DNA from: a virus
DNA: 64,000 nt
Virus record (IMG/VR): IMGVR_UViG_3300028841_000078
Reading direction: 5' to 3' (one strand)
Below, piece after piece: positions 36,029 through 46,056 of the stretch; position 1 is the stretch's first letter, and each line of letters opens with the position of its first letter. A model generated the notes under the pieces. The model was not told where the DNA came from. It saw only the letters and a program-made list of their open reading frames with translations, and made no database searches. The translations under genes were made by a program, and so were the position numbers.

Positions 36029-38133
36029 ACCCAAACAAGAAGCCATCCTCAGTCAAGCCCCACATGAACACCGCCAAAGATTACGCTGTTAAACCCACCA
36101 GTGTCTCCTCCTCTTGGCATGAGGATGGAGACTTGTTCAAGTGTGTTGCCAAGGTTCGCACCCTGTCTGGCGATACCCTGCGAATGCAGATCGTGGACCT
36201 GTCTGCTGAGTTCAACATCCCGGTCGATGTCGATATCTCCTCGCTCATCACCAATATCTGTGAGGGCAATCCGGGCAAGATGCTGTCATCGAACGTGGCC
36301 GGGTCAAACAAGAAGTATTACCCCTGCTTACTGGCCGTGAACAAAAGCAAGAACTTCGTGATGCGAATTCAGTGCAATCCAGTCAATCGGCCTTATGGCC
36401 TGAGCATCGCCTTCGTGGATGCCGATGTGATCAAGCTGATTCTGGACCAAATCAAAGGCATCAATCAAAGCAAACTCACCGCCAAGGGCTATGAGGGTGA
36501 GGGTGAGGGCGATGATAAGCCACCCACCTTTACCGGCCCATCGCTGGCCGCACAGATTCAAACAAATCCAGACCCGGCAACACCGGTGCACATCATTGTT
36601 AAGACCCAAATCGTCAACTCGACCATTGTCCTAGCCACCAAGATACGCCACCTGCTTGAGTGTCTGCATGAGGGCGTGGCGATGGACGTTCAGCAGGACG
36701 CGATGAATCAGGCGTATGTTGCGGCCAATCATCTAGTGAATAAGCTGACCGAGCACAATCTCTTTTTGTCAGACCGCGACAACATCAAGAGCTTTGCCTA
36801 CTTCGTCAGCGACAACTTTAATACCTTTGTCGGCAACAAGATCGAACCGATTCTGTCCCGCGCCCAGACCGCGCTGGTGTCAGCGGAGCATGTCGCCAGC
36901 CAGTATTCAGCCTACATCACCCCTGACATCAACGATATTTTGGTCCAGCACATCAAGACCTACACATGGGTCAATATGTTGGACGCGAGTTTAAGTCTAT
37001 ATCAACATCACCATGACACCGGCTCCGCCGCTCATATCGCAGCGGCCAGTCAAGCATTTCAATACGCCACCAAAATCGCTAGTCACATCGATGTGACACC
37101 GGCCTACGCTCACGAACTCAAGGCAGACCTGTTGACTGAAAACCCGATCAACCCGGACTATGCCAAGTATTTAAGTGGCAAGGTCAAATCGACCCTGCAT
37201 CAGTTTCACAGCGCCAATGGCAAGCTGATTCTCATGGTGGGCAAAGAGGTTGCCCAAGCCCTCTCGGTGGTAGCGCTGCTTGAGTTGGCGATGGGAATTC
37301 AAGGCCCGGACTGCGCCGATCACCTCATCAAAGAAGCAATCACGGCGCACAACAAGATCATTCTTGGACTGCCCGATGTGGTCCCGGCGCTCATGAAACT
37401 GCTTGGCGGGTCATCCCCGCTATCGATCTATGTCAACAATGGCAGCGCCCTTGATGTTAAAAACGCCTACCTAAATCTGGCACGTGATCTTGTCTACAAA
37501 CACATCTTCCGGCCCATTGGCCCAACCTATACCGGAAACGTGTTGCTAGAACATGAAGAAGAAACGCTGGCAAAGATCGGGCTGCTCATGCTTTACGGGA
37601 TGCACTCCGCACCTGAGACGATGAAAGGCTATGCTCAGTACATTATCACCCTGATCAGGCCGCTGCTGCTTGCCATCAAAGAGGATGGCAAACCGGTGTC
37701 GTATGGCTATCACCTGTCGCTGATGCGGGCGATATCGGCCTGTTTAACCGTGCCCAAGCACAGTTTACAGATGACCGGCAAGGCCGAGATGTTCGCCGGA
37801 ATTAGCCCCGGCGAGATGGATGTAAAGATCACCCTAAGCTCGATTCAGTTTGAAAGCACATTCGGGGTCATCGTGGCGGATATGGCCTTCTTGTATCTGA
37901 CCGCAACACGGCACCTGCCGGTGGGCGCGGCCACCCTGCAAAAGATCGCTATTCAGGCCAAGTCTCTAGCCAATCACCCACTCAAGCACATCTTCCTTGG
38001 CTATGCCACCCGGCTTCTGGGAATCGCCAAATACATCAACGAGAATGAGCAGGGCGCACTGATCACAGACGTTCAAGACAAGATTGCCGACACCGCAGAC
38101 AATGCCTTACAAATGATTCTAGCCTCACTGTGA
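36025..38133 (+). CDS. 702-aa hypothetical protein (helical C-terminal half)
   Basis: Long ORF, ATGA-coupled; no recognisable motif. Confidence 0.75.
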   Translation: MNPNKKPSSVKPHMNTAKDYAVKPTSVSSSWHEDGDLFKCVAKVRTLSGDTLRMQIVDLSAEFNIPVDVDISSLITNICEGNPGKMLSSNVAGSNKKYYPCLLAVNKSKNFVMRIQCNPVNRPYGLSIAFVDADVIKLILDQIKGINQSKLTAKGYEGEGEGDDKPPTFTGPSLAAQIQTNPDPATPVHIIVKTQIVNSTIVLATKIRHLLECLHEGVAMDVQQDAMNQAYVAANHLVNKLTEHNLFLSDRDNIKSFAYFVSDNFNTFVGNKIEPILSRAQTALVSAEHVASQYSAYITPDINDILVQHIKTYTWVNMLDASLSLYQHHHDTGSAAHIAAASQAFQYATKIASHIDVTPAYAHELKADLLTENPINPDYAKYLSGKVKSTLHQFHSANGKLILMVGKEVAQALSVVALLELAMGIQGPDCADHLIKEAITAHNKIILGLPDVVPALMKLLGGSSPLSIYVNNGSALDVKNAYLNLARDLVYKHIFRPIGPTYTGNVLLEHEEETLAKIGLLMLYGMHSAPETMKGYAQYIITLIRPLLLAIKEDGKPVSYGYHLSLMRAISACLTVPKHSLQMTGKAEMFAGISPGEMDVKITLSSIQFESTFGVIVADMAFLYLTATRHLPVGAATLQKIAIQAKSLANHPLKHIFLGYATRLLGIAKYINENEQGALITDVQDKIADTADNALQMILASL

Positions 38134-38293
38134 GACTAGATTGCGTGAGTTACACACATGGTGTGGAAACATCCAGTCATAGGCGGCTTCGGGGGGAGCC
38201 GCCTACGGGGGAGTGCCTATGTAAAACAGACACAAAAAGACACGAATCAAAAGCAACGAATTAAAGACACGAATTAAAAGGAACAAATTAGCA

Positions 38294-39625
38294 ATGACAA
38301 CTTTGAACGTTTCCCACCTCGCCGGGTATAAGGGCGAGGAGATGGACACCCAAGAAATCGGCAGCTTCGGGGTGCCTTACCTGCAATTCTTCAACCCCGC
38401 CACCTTGCACGTCGATACCGAGATCGAGAAGGGTGGGTGGGGAGTCAAGACCGGCGGCGACGGTGGGTATACCCCGCCGAACTTTGGCCCAACCCAGACG
38501 ATTACCCATCAGGGCAACCGCACCTCCAACATGGTCGTGACGAACAAGCCGCTGGAGATGGCAATCATCTGGTATTCCGGCCCCTACACCCGTTGGTGGC
38601 CAGACGGGGACCGCAGCAAAGGCCCGCGCATCTTTCATCAGGACTTCCTGTTTCAGAACATGCACAAGGCCCAAGGCGGTCGCGCTGAAACCGGGGTGAG
38701 CCTGTTTGTCGCGCTCAAGTGCGACGAGCAGCGCGACATCTTGGAGATTCTGGGCAAGACCTATGCGGTCGATGACTGGCTGCGTATCCTCAGCTTGACC
38801 CGCCGCCGCGTGGCTGCGGTGGCCGACTTTCTGATCAAGGCGGGCGAGTTGCCCAAGGGCTTTGTGCTGCCGATCTATTCCCAGTGGATAAAGATCGGGG
38901 TGGGCGGGTTCAGCACCGAGGGGACCGGTGATAAGACCAGCCTGATCGCGCACCCGGAGATCGAGTGGCCGGGGCTTGAAACCCCGCTCAAGGCGGTGTG
39001 GACCGCCGCCGCGCAGCGCAAGCCGGGGAAGGCGATGATCTGTGACGGGGACAAGCAATGGTCACAGATCAAAGATGTCCTCAAGATCGACGACCTGATC
39101 GCCTGTGTGCCCTCCGATCAAGACATGGCCCGCTTTGATGAGCAGCGCAAGTTCTTGGTCGAGAAGCACAAGACGGTCGGCTTTCGCGCCATCGCCGCGC
39201 CGACTCCGGAGAACATCAGCAAGGCCAAGGGTGAATACATGGCCCTGCCGAGCGGCAACACGGACGGTGAGCCGCCAATGCCGGATGAGCCGGGTGAACC
39301 TGTTGGCCCAACCGGACCCGCCGCCACCGCCATCATCGACAGCACCCCCGCCCCGGCAAAACAAATCGCCTACGACGAGAACGGCAATGAGGTTGTCACC
39401 TCACCGAGCCTAGGCGAGGAGGTCACGGCCAACTCCAAGGTTGCCAGCGACTTCTTCAACTTTGTCAAAAAGAGTTTCGATGTGGCCCCTCCAAAAGTCT
39501 TTCAGATTCTGGGCGTGAAGTCGCTGACGAACGTCAAGATTAGCCAAGACGAGGCGCTGGCCCTGATCGAGCGGTTCGTCAACGGTGACATCGTTGATAA
39601 AGCGGTCGGCACGATCACCTACTAA
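38294..39625 (+). CDS. hypothetical protein (possibly replication/recombination related)
   Basis: AAGGA RBS; first gene after a class-B promoter. Confidence 0.7.
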   Translation: MTTLNVSHLAGYKGEEMDTQEIGSFGVPYLQFFNPATLHVDTEIEKGGWGVKTGGDGGYTPPNFGPTQTITHQGNRTSNMVVTNKPLEMAIIWYSGPYTRWWPDGDRSKGPRIFHQDFLFQNMHKAQGGRAETGVSLFVALKCDEQRDILEILGKTYAVDDWLRILSLTRRRVAAVADFLIKAGELPKGFVLPIYSQWIKIGVGGFSTEGTGDKTSLIAHPEIEWPGLETPLKAVWTAAAQRKPGKAMICDGDKQWSQIKDVLKIDDLIACVPSDQDMARFDEQRKFLVEKHKTVGFRAIAAPTPENISKAKGEYMALPSGNTDGEPPMPDEPGEPVGPTGPAATAIIDSTPAPAKQIAYDENGNEVVTSPSLGEEVTANSKVASDFFNFVKKSFDVAPPKVFQILGVKSLTNVKISQDEALALIERFVNGDIVDKAVGTITY

Positions 39626-39628
39626 CCC

Positions 39629-40135
39629 ATGAACACAGACAACTACGTGTCTGTGCTTCACCTTTATCAAGACCTGCCGCCGCTGGACATCTGTCTCACG
39701 GCGGCGGGTCAGATGAGGCAAGACAACCCATCAAGTAACGCATTCATCAAAGCGCATGAGTTCTTTATTGAACTGTGCGCCTCAGATGCAAACATTCAAT
39801 ATGATGCAGCAGGCATTCTTGCCGCGCACACGCTTGGTCAAAGTCATCTCCCCGATGATGTGATCGCCCTGCTTGAACGAGTTAAGGCCATGAAAACCTC
39901 GGCCTTTGTTCGCTCAGATGACACCCATGTATTCATTCGGCGCAGCGCTTCGACCCACGAAGGGTATTACAACGTGAGCGCCCACGAGTGCGAGTGCAAT
40001 GGGTATCAATACCGCAAGGAGCAGTTCAGCGACTTTATCTGTGTTCACATCGCCATCGTGCGTGTCATCGAGCGTGCCCTCATCGATATGACCCTTCACT
40101 CTTTTGCAAAAGGAGTCCCCGTATGGCAAACGTAA
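39629..40135 (+). CDS. SWIM zinc-finger protein
   Basis: CECNGYQYR...ICVHI (CxC-Xn-CxH). Confidence 0.75.
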   Translation: MNTDNYVSVLHLYQDLPPLDICLTAAGQMRQDNPSSNAFIKAHEFFIELCASDANIQYDAAGILAAHTLGQSHLPDDVIALLERVKAMKTSAFVRSDDTHVFIRRSASTHEGYYNVSAHECECNGYQYRKEQFSDFICVHIAIVRVIERALIDMTLHSFAKGVPVWQT

Positions 40136-41094
40136 ATGCGGTAAAGAAAGCCCAAGAGAACAAGGAGAAAGGCTTGACCGTCTTTCAACCCGCGCAAGGG
40201 CTTGTCTCTCAGTTGACCTCCCTGAATGTCACGATTGACACGGTTGGGGTCAACCTCCCCGACACCCTGACCCTGAAAGATTGTTCTGGGGTGATGGAAT
40301 CGATTGCGAACTTTCAAGAGACGTTCGCCGGAACCTATCGCTGGGCGGTCGGTGATATCGTCCTGTATGCCCAGAACAAGTTCGGTGATACAAAGTATTC
40401 GCAAGTTCTGGCCCATACCAAGATGGACGCGGGTGATGCCCGTAACTGCGTCTGGGTCAGCCGCGCCATTCCCCCGGCTTACCGAGTCGAAGGGCTGTCG
40501 TGGACCCATCACCGAGTGGTGGCAACCGACGACATCCCCGATGTCTCAGACAAGCGGGCGCTGCTGCTTGAGGCGCGTGACAACAACATGTCGGTGTCTC
40601 AGTTCAGAATCTACGTCGAGAGCAAGATCAGCAAAAAGGCCAAGCCCAAGTCCGCCCCGGCCAGCGAACCGGTTGCTAGTGTCTCATCGACCCCGCCGCC
40701 GCCAAGCTACTCCGTGACGAGCTTTCAGGCGGTCTGCAAGTGGGCGGAGAATGCCGGTTCACAGCCGGAGATTCAATACCTAATCGACACCTTGACCAAG
40801 AAGGTCACCGACATTCAGTATCTGGCCGGTCTAACCATGATGGCCGATGCCCAGATCGAGGCGCTTGGCAAACTCATCGGCATGGAGGGCATCCCGTCCG
40901 CCAACGCCGAGGACATCGAGGATGACCCCGCCACCAACGCCATCGCCGCGCTGGAATCGATTGGGGTTCAGGTCTACACCCCGAACGGTAAGCAGACGGT
41001 CGAAACAGACGATGACGGTGTGATCGTTGACACCACCGAGTATGTCCCTATCGATGAGGTCGAGACGACCGACGAAAGCGATACCGGTTATTGA
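40123..41094 (+). CDS. LmbU-like DNA-binding protein
   Basis: YRWAVGDIVLYAQNKFGDTKY...RNCVWVSR...LSWTHHRVVA; AGGAG RBS. Confidence 0.65.
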   Translation: MANVNAVKKAQENKEKGLTVFQPAQGLVSQLTSLNVTIDTVGVNLPDTLTLKDCSGVMESIANFQETFAGTYRWAVGDIVLYAQNKFGDTKYSQVLAHTKMDAGDARNCVWVSRAIPPAYRVEGLSWTHHRVVATDDIPDVSDKRALLLEARDNNMSVSQFRIYVESKISKKAKPKSAPASEPVASVSSTPPPPSYSVTSFQAVCKWAENAGSQPEIQYLIDTLTKKVTDIQYLAGLTMMADAQIEALGKLIGMEGIPSANAEDIEDDPATNAIAALESIGVQVYTPNGKQTVETDDDGVIVDTTEYVPIDEVETTDESDTGY

Positions 41095-41142
41095 CCTGTC
41101 ACATCGATGTGACAGGCGTTCAGAAACGCAAAACACAAAATC

Positions 41143-41604
41143 ATGAACGAACAAACCCCTACCCCTATCTTAAGACAAGCCAGCGAAACCTATATCGGAG
41201 CCTCACCGCCCCGGTGGGATATCTTCTCTGACCGCAAGGCGACCGTGGTCGGTGGTCCCTGCGTGGCCCCCGGCGCACTGGAGCGGTTTATCCTGACCGA
41301 TCTCTCTGACGCGGAGATCGAGAAAGCCAAGGTCAATGCCCTCCTGCACATGGACTTGATGCTTGGCCGGATTGACGTGGGTCGAATCCAATTGCACAGC
41401 AACAAATACATCATGATCGACGGGCACGAGATCACATTCAAGCCCCTGCACGTCATGGTGGTCCTCAACACGATTGACTCTAAAGACCCTGATCGCAAAG
41501 CATTCTGTTTTGCGTTGGCAAAGAAGTTTGAACTGATCGCCAGCTTCTCAGGCGATGCCGGTCTTTGGAAAGAAGCCTGTAACGCGGTGGACAAATACAA
41601 ATGA
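41143..41604 (+). CDS. hypothetical protein
   Basis: ORF directly after a palindrome copy. Confidence 0.55.
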   Translation: MNEQTPTPILRQASETYIGASPPRWDIFSDRKATVVGGPCVAPGALERFILTDLSDAEIEKAKVNALLHMDLMLGRIDVGRIQLHSNKYIMIDGHEITFKPLHVMVVLNTIDSKDPDRKAFCFALAKKFELIASFSGDAGLWKEACNAVDKYK

Positions 41605-41930
41605 CAAAATCTCCCGACAAGGGAGGAGGAAAATCATGGTCGGTTGGAGATGTTGCCGGTCAACATCTCCAACAAGCCAAAGGCGAAGCTCACAACTCCA
41701 TCAAAGAAGTCCAAGCCCAATACGGCTTCAGGGTTCAGTTAGAACGCGGCACTGCCAAATCTGGTCGCGCCGACGACAAGACGCTGAACGCACTCGCGCC
41801 GATGCGTGTGATGCGTCTCAGCAACACCCCCCGCAAGATGCGTAAGAAAATCCCCAAGCTGCTCATCGTCCTTTCGATTGCGGTGATTATCCTCACCCTG
41901 ATCGTGATGGCGGTGGCCCTCTCAAGTTAA
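41601..41930 (+). CDS. C-terminally anchored membrane protein
   Basis: C-terminal hydrophobic helix. Confidence 0.5.
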   Translation: MTKSPDKGGGKSWSVGDVAGQHLQQAKGEAHNSIKEVQAQYGFRVQLERGTAKSGRADDKTLNALAPMRVMRLSNTPRKMRKKIPKLLIVLSIAVIILTLIVMAVALSS

Positions 41931-41932
41931 TC

Positions 41933-42316
41933 ATGCTCTCGCTGATTGCAAAATACGTTCGAGATATCAAATCGAATCAAGGCAATCGCAGCCATGCGCT
42001 GGAGATGACTCAAGAGTTCGCCAAGTTCATTCCCTCATTCAAAGGGAATGACTTGGCGATTCTTCTGTTTATCGCGCTTTCCTCAAACGAATATGGCTGC
42101 GCGGCCCTCTCGGCGGCGGATATTGCCAGCCGCTTCTCAATGTCCGATGCGTCTGTATTTGAGGCACTGGCGCGTCTGAGCCGAACCCGCCTTGAAACCA
42201 GACGGTTGATCTTTGTCGGCCATGCCAACAACAAGGAGACTAGCCTGTTTCAAATTGTCTTGCCGACCGATGAGGAACTCGACAAGATGCCAAAGAAGGT
42301 AAAGGAACTCAAATGA
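41933..42316 (+). CDS. winged-HTH protein
   Basis: LSAADIASRFSMSDASVFEALARL. Confidence 0.6.
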   Translation: MLSLIAKYVRDIKSNQGNRSHALEMTQEFAKFIPSFKGNDLAILLFIALSSNEYGCAALSAADIASRFSMSDASVFEALARLSRTRLETRRLIFVGHANNKETSLFQIVLPTDEELDKMPKKVKELK

Positions 42317-42528
42317 ACGAGTCAAATCAAAAACCCGCGACAACCCCGCGCCCGGAGATCGTCAAAGATGAACATCTTGACTATCTTGATGTCTTAAGAG
42401 CGAGTGCCATCACCAACATGTTTGGTGCCGCCCCGTATATTGCAAAAGCATTCGCGCTCGACCTCAAGGATGCCCGTATCATCCTTAGTTACTGGATGGA
42501 CTCATACAGGGAGCGTCATACACAATGA
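42313..42528 (+). CDS. conserved small phage protein
   Basis: YLDVLRASAITNMFGAAPYI motif recalled from many phages. Confidence 0.7.
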   Translation: MNESNQKPATTPRPEIVKDEHLDYLDVLRASAITNMFGAAPYIAKAFALDLKDARIILSYWMDSYRERHTQ

Positions 42529-42890
42529 AACCGCGTGGACCAATTACACCGGAGGCGCTGAGAGCCATTGGCGCTGGAGATCTAAATAAATACCTAAAGC
42601 ACATGGAGAGTAGACCACCCCGGTTTTATCTCACCATCAAAGGCGAGGACATGGAGTTTGACGGGTGGCGCATCGAGATTGACTTCGACAGCACCGTGCT
42701 GGCCGGTCACCCGTTTATGGTGTGGGTGCATGTGCGAGGCAGTTCGATTGCCTTTAGGCACATTGATGACATGACAAAACTCATGGCGCTGTATGAGCTA
42801 TGGAAGGGCGAACCGTGGAAAGGCATGACCTCACTGTTTGCCCCGTCCAATCATCCGGACAAACCCGTTCGCATTACCGGTGACGGTTAA
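42525..42890 (+). CDS. hypothetical protein
   Basis: ATGA-coupled ORF. Confidence 0.55.
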   Translation: MKPRGPITPEALRAIGAGDLNKYLKHMESRPPRFYLTIKGEDMEFDGWRIEIDFDSTVLAGHPFMVWVHVRGSSIAFRHIDDMTKLMALYELWKGEPWKGMTSLFAPSNHPDKPVRITGDG

Positions 42891-42899
42891 GGCGGCATC

Positions 42900-43196
42900 A
42901 TGCTCCCGATTCAATTCATCTTGAAAGATCACAAGCAATTCATCAAACAAGCTGAATGGAGTATCGCCATCCACAAGGGCAAGATGGGGGTATGCGTGTT
43001 CCCCAATATCTGCAGGGGCTTTACGCAATTTATCGCGTTTGACGATTTAGGTTACAACCGAACCGACGAACTGTTTAACACCCGCGAGTTCCCCGATGCC
43101 CCCAACATGGCAGACCCCTATAGTTCGGAGCATGACTGGTATATCGGTGTGGCGATTTTTGAAATAACCCGCCGATATGAATTGACAATTGCCTAG
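42900..43196 (+). CDS. hypothetical protein
   Basis: ORF in operon. Confidence 0.5.
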   Translation: MLPIQFILKDHKQFIKQAEWSIAIHKGKMGVCVFPNICRGFTQFIAFDDLGYNRTDELFNTREFPDAPNMADPYSSEHDWYIGVAIFEITRRYELTIA

Positions 43197-43296
43197 GCTC
43201 AGACTAGGCTTTGAGCGCCTCCGGTTGATCTTCCTCCTCTAGTAGTCTCTAAATCTTGCGCTATATCACACCGGAGGCGCTCTTTACGGTGCCCCC

Positions 43297-45024
43297 ATGA
43301 AAACGATAGTCAAAGCCGATGCCAGCACATACAAGATTGAACTTCATGATTTATCGGTGCTGTTTTTGTATTCGTCCAAACATCCCCTAATTCTGCCCAT
43401 CTTTCTATACATGCTTGCCATGACCGACAAGGCCCGCCGTGGGCAATTGGCGCGAGTGTTGGGTGGGCACCCCATGAATAGCGAGGTGATTGCCCAACTA
43501 TTCGGGGTGGGGCAGTCCACCGTCCGCACCGCCATCAAGGTCATGATCGAGTGCGACCTTGTGCGGTTCAACGAAATAACCCTGCCCGCAAAAAAGGATG
43601 GCCCGCCCATCAAGCGCCGAACGTATACGGTCATGATTCACAAGCTGACCAAGCGGGCGGTTGATCTGTCCAAAGATATCGCCCGTTCAAACAAGGGCGC
43701 GGTCAAGGCCCGCCGAATGGGGCTGGACCCGGAGGCCCTGCTGCGGCTGATTGGGGATACCTTTCAGTGGGTGCCGCAAGTCGGACAACACCCCGCCAAC
43801 GATGCCGCCGCGTCAGGAGCCGTGTCGGACAACGACGATTCTGCCTGCGTCCGTACACTGACGCAGGCAAATCAGCACCGCCTGCGTCCGTACACGGACG
43901 CTATATATACCAGTAGCTCTCAAGTTCTAAAGTCTAAAGAAAAACTGGTACATTCTGTATATTCCGGTGTGACACCGAAAAACATAGAGGTTTCTGGCGT
44001 GACACCGACCCCCGAAATTTTGGCGGGGAATCTTGAACCCCGTCACATCGATGTGACAAATGCTCCCGCTGACGGATTATCCGCCGAAATTCCCGGCGGC
44101 GACAAAAACCGCGTGACACCCTCTGAGACTGCAGTAAATGCAGAACACTCGGAGTATTCTCCGAAGTCTGCTATCTCAGACCCCCAAAAGGCCCAAAATA
44201 GCCCCGTAATCGCACTTACCCATCCTGCCATAGCCAAGTTAGCGAATCACGCCTCAAATGACCCAATAGACGCAAATTTGGGGCATGTTTCAGAGGCTCC
44301 GGCAACGGCGGATAAACCCAATCGGCCCGGTGCGCGGCTGATCGAGGCCCATCGGCAAAATGGCAGGGTTGACCCACTGGAATTTGCATTCGAGGCATCG
44401 GCGGCGGCCAACGATAGCGAACTGGGTGAGGCCACCTTGACCCTACGCAATTGGGGGATGCCTGAAATTTGGGAGCGGCTGTTGATTGAGTTCTGTCGCA
44501 TCACCAAGGTTTATCCGTCGCGCAGCAACAAGGGCAAGGCCAGCCGCTCGGCGTGGACCGCCGCGATGGAGCGCATGACCCAAGACAAGCAAACCGATAG
44601 CTTTGTCGAGGCGTGTCAGATTGCGGTGGAGAAGGCCCGCCGTGGCACATGGACGATCACCGGCCCCTTCTCGATCAAGGTCGATGCGGCGGATATCCGG
44701 TCGCGTAAATCTCGCGGCGAATGGCCGGGGATTGAGGAGTTCATTAGAAAGCACTATCGCGGCGGCGAGTTGGACCGACTTGATCGGTCTGAGGAAAGCG
44801 CCACACAAGAGGAGGTGGTGACCCAAACGACCGATGTGGTCTGGACGATCACAAAGGCCCAACAAGAACAACTGATGAAAGCGCGAATCGTGAAAGACCG
44901 CGCCGTGCTCTGGAAGAAGTTCATCCCAGATGCGGTCATCGTGATTCGCGGAGATCAAAATTCGCCGGTCAATGAATACAACTTTGTTGGCCCTGAAACC
45001 GGAACAGTAAAGGTGATTCCATGA
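43297..45024 (+). CDS. putative replication initiator (N-terminal wHTH, long linker)
   Basis: MNSEVIAQLFGVGQSTVRTAIKVMIECDLV; upstream of helicase and primase. Confidence 0.6.
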   Translation: MKTIVKADASTYKIELHDLSVLFLYSSKHPLILPIFLYMLAMTDKARRGQLARVLGGHPMNSEVIAQLFGVGQSTVRTAIKVMIECDLVRFNEITLPAKKDGPPIKRRTYTVMIHKLTKRAVDLSKDIARSNKGAVKARRMGLDPEALLRLIGDTFQWVPQVGQHPANDAAASGAVSDNDDSACVRTLTQANQHRLRPYTDAIYTSSSQVLKSKEKLVHSVYSGVTPKNIEVSGVTPTPEILAGNLEPRHIDVTNAPADGLSAEIPGGDKNRVTPSETAVNAEHSEYSPKSAISDPQKAQNSPVIALTHPAIAKLANHASNDPIDANLGHVSEAPATADKPNRPGARLIEAHRQNGRVDPLEFAFEASAAANDSELGEATLTLRNWGMPEIWERLLIEFCRITKVYPSRSNKGKASRSAWTAAMERMTQDKQTDSFVEACQIAVEKARRGTWTITGPFSIKVDAADIRSRKSRGEWPGIEEFIRKHYRGGELDRLDRSEESATQEEVVTQTTDVVWTITKAQQEQLMKARIVKDRAVLWKKFIPDAVIVIRGDQNSPVNEYNFVGPETGTVKVIP

Positions 45025-45512
45025 ATGTTGAAAGGAGATTTGCAGAACAAACCACGGTGCCACCCAGTGACACCTTGGCAGACATCGAGGCGCTACTCAC
45101 GCGCTACGGAATGCCGCCCCATTCGTTTGAGTTTATCCGCGACGAAACAGGAACTTTGTGGGTCTTACGGGTGATCTGTGAGGAGATGACGCTGCGGTTC
45201 ACCGCCAAGCACATCATGAACCCACGCGCAAGGCTCACCCAAGATCAGCACAAAAAGCGGGCGGCAAGACGACTGTTGCGGGTGGCGCTGCTTGTCCTCA
45301 AGGGCAAGTTTGAGGAATTGGCGGGCGCAAACGAGATCGGGATTGGCCCTGAAATCGTGGCACGAAACCTGCCCGGAAACTTTGAACTTGCCAACGGCAA
45401 CACATTAGCCGATGAGATTCCAAGTCTCATCGGGAGACGAAAATGGAACAGGAAAATCAAGATCAAGAACCCGGTAAGCGCGGCTATCGCGCCACCCTTG
45501 ACGCAGCCATGA
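45021..45512 (+). CDS. conserved phage hypothetical protein
   Basis: FAEQTTVPPSDTLADIEALLTRYG-type N-terminus. Confidence 0.6.
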   Translation: MNVERRFAEQTTVPPSDTLADIEALLTRYGMPPHSFEFIRDETGTLWVLRVICEEMTLRFTAKHIMNPRARLTQDQHKKRAARRLLRVALLVLKGKFEELAGANEIGIGPEIVARNLPGNFELANGNTLADEIPSLIGRRKWNRKIKIKNPVSAAIAPPLTQP

Positions 45513-45694
45513 TCAGATTGGCCGAGGTCATCAAGACCACCCCGCCCGAACTGATTGGCAATGTTCAATCTTTTGAATCGGGCTGGATGGCGGCGTGTCG
45601 ATTTATCGAGATGAATATCGGGCGGGCACCTTATAAGACTCAAGAACGTAAAAAACTTAAGGCCCCGGTTGTAATTAAAAGGGCAAAACCATGA
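45509..45694 (+). CDS. small hypothetical protein
   Basis: ATGA-coupled at both ends. Confidence 0.5.
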   Translation: MIRLAEVIKTTPPELIGNVQSFESGWMAACRFIEMNIGRAPYKTQERKKLKAPVVIKRAKP

Positions 45695-46056
45695 GCTTTC
45701 TTGAACGCAATCAGATGAGCGAACCGCTGCACAAGGCGATGCGAATGATGTGGAATAGCCCGCTGTCCGGCCCAATGTATGCCGTGATTGATTTGATGTG
45801 GCAAGACAACATCAGATTCGAGAATGGCAATGCGGAGTGGGGCAGTTGGTTGGACCAAGTTCATCGCGTCACCAAAGATTGCAAGACGTATCAAGAGGCA
45901 GCACTGTGCGCCAAGCGCAATAAGTTCCGGGTTAATTTAGGGAGTCACTGCAGCATCATCTTGTTTGGTCTGACTGACCTAATGACCCTTGATGATTGGG
46001 AGACTCTACTGTGCTATTGCCAAATGCACCAAGAACAGATTAGCCATGAATCTTGA
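45691..46056 (+). CDS. hypothetical protein
   Basis: ATGA-coupled. Confidence 0.55.
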   Translation: MSFLERNQMSEPLHKAMRMMWNSPLSGPMYAVIDLMWQDNIRFENGNAEWGSWLDQVHRVTKDCKTYQEAALCAKRNKFRVNLGSHCSIILFGLTDLMTLDDWETLLCYCQMHQEQISHES

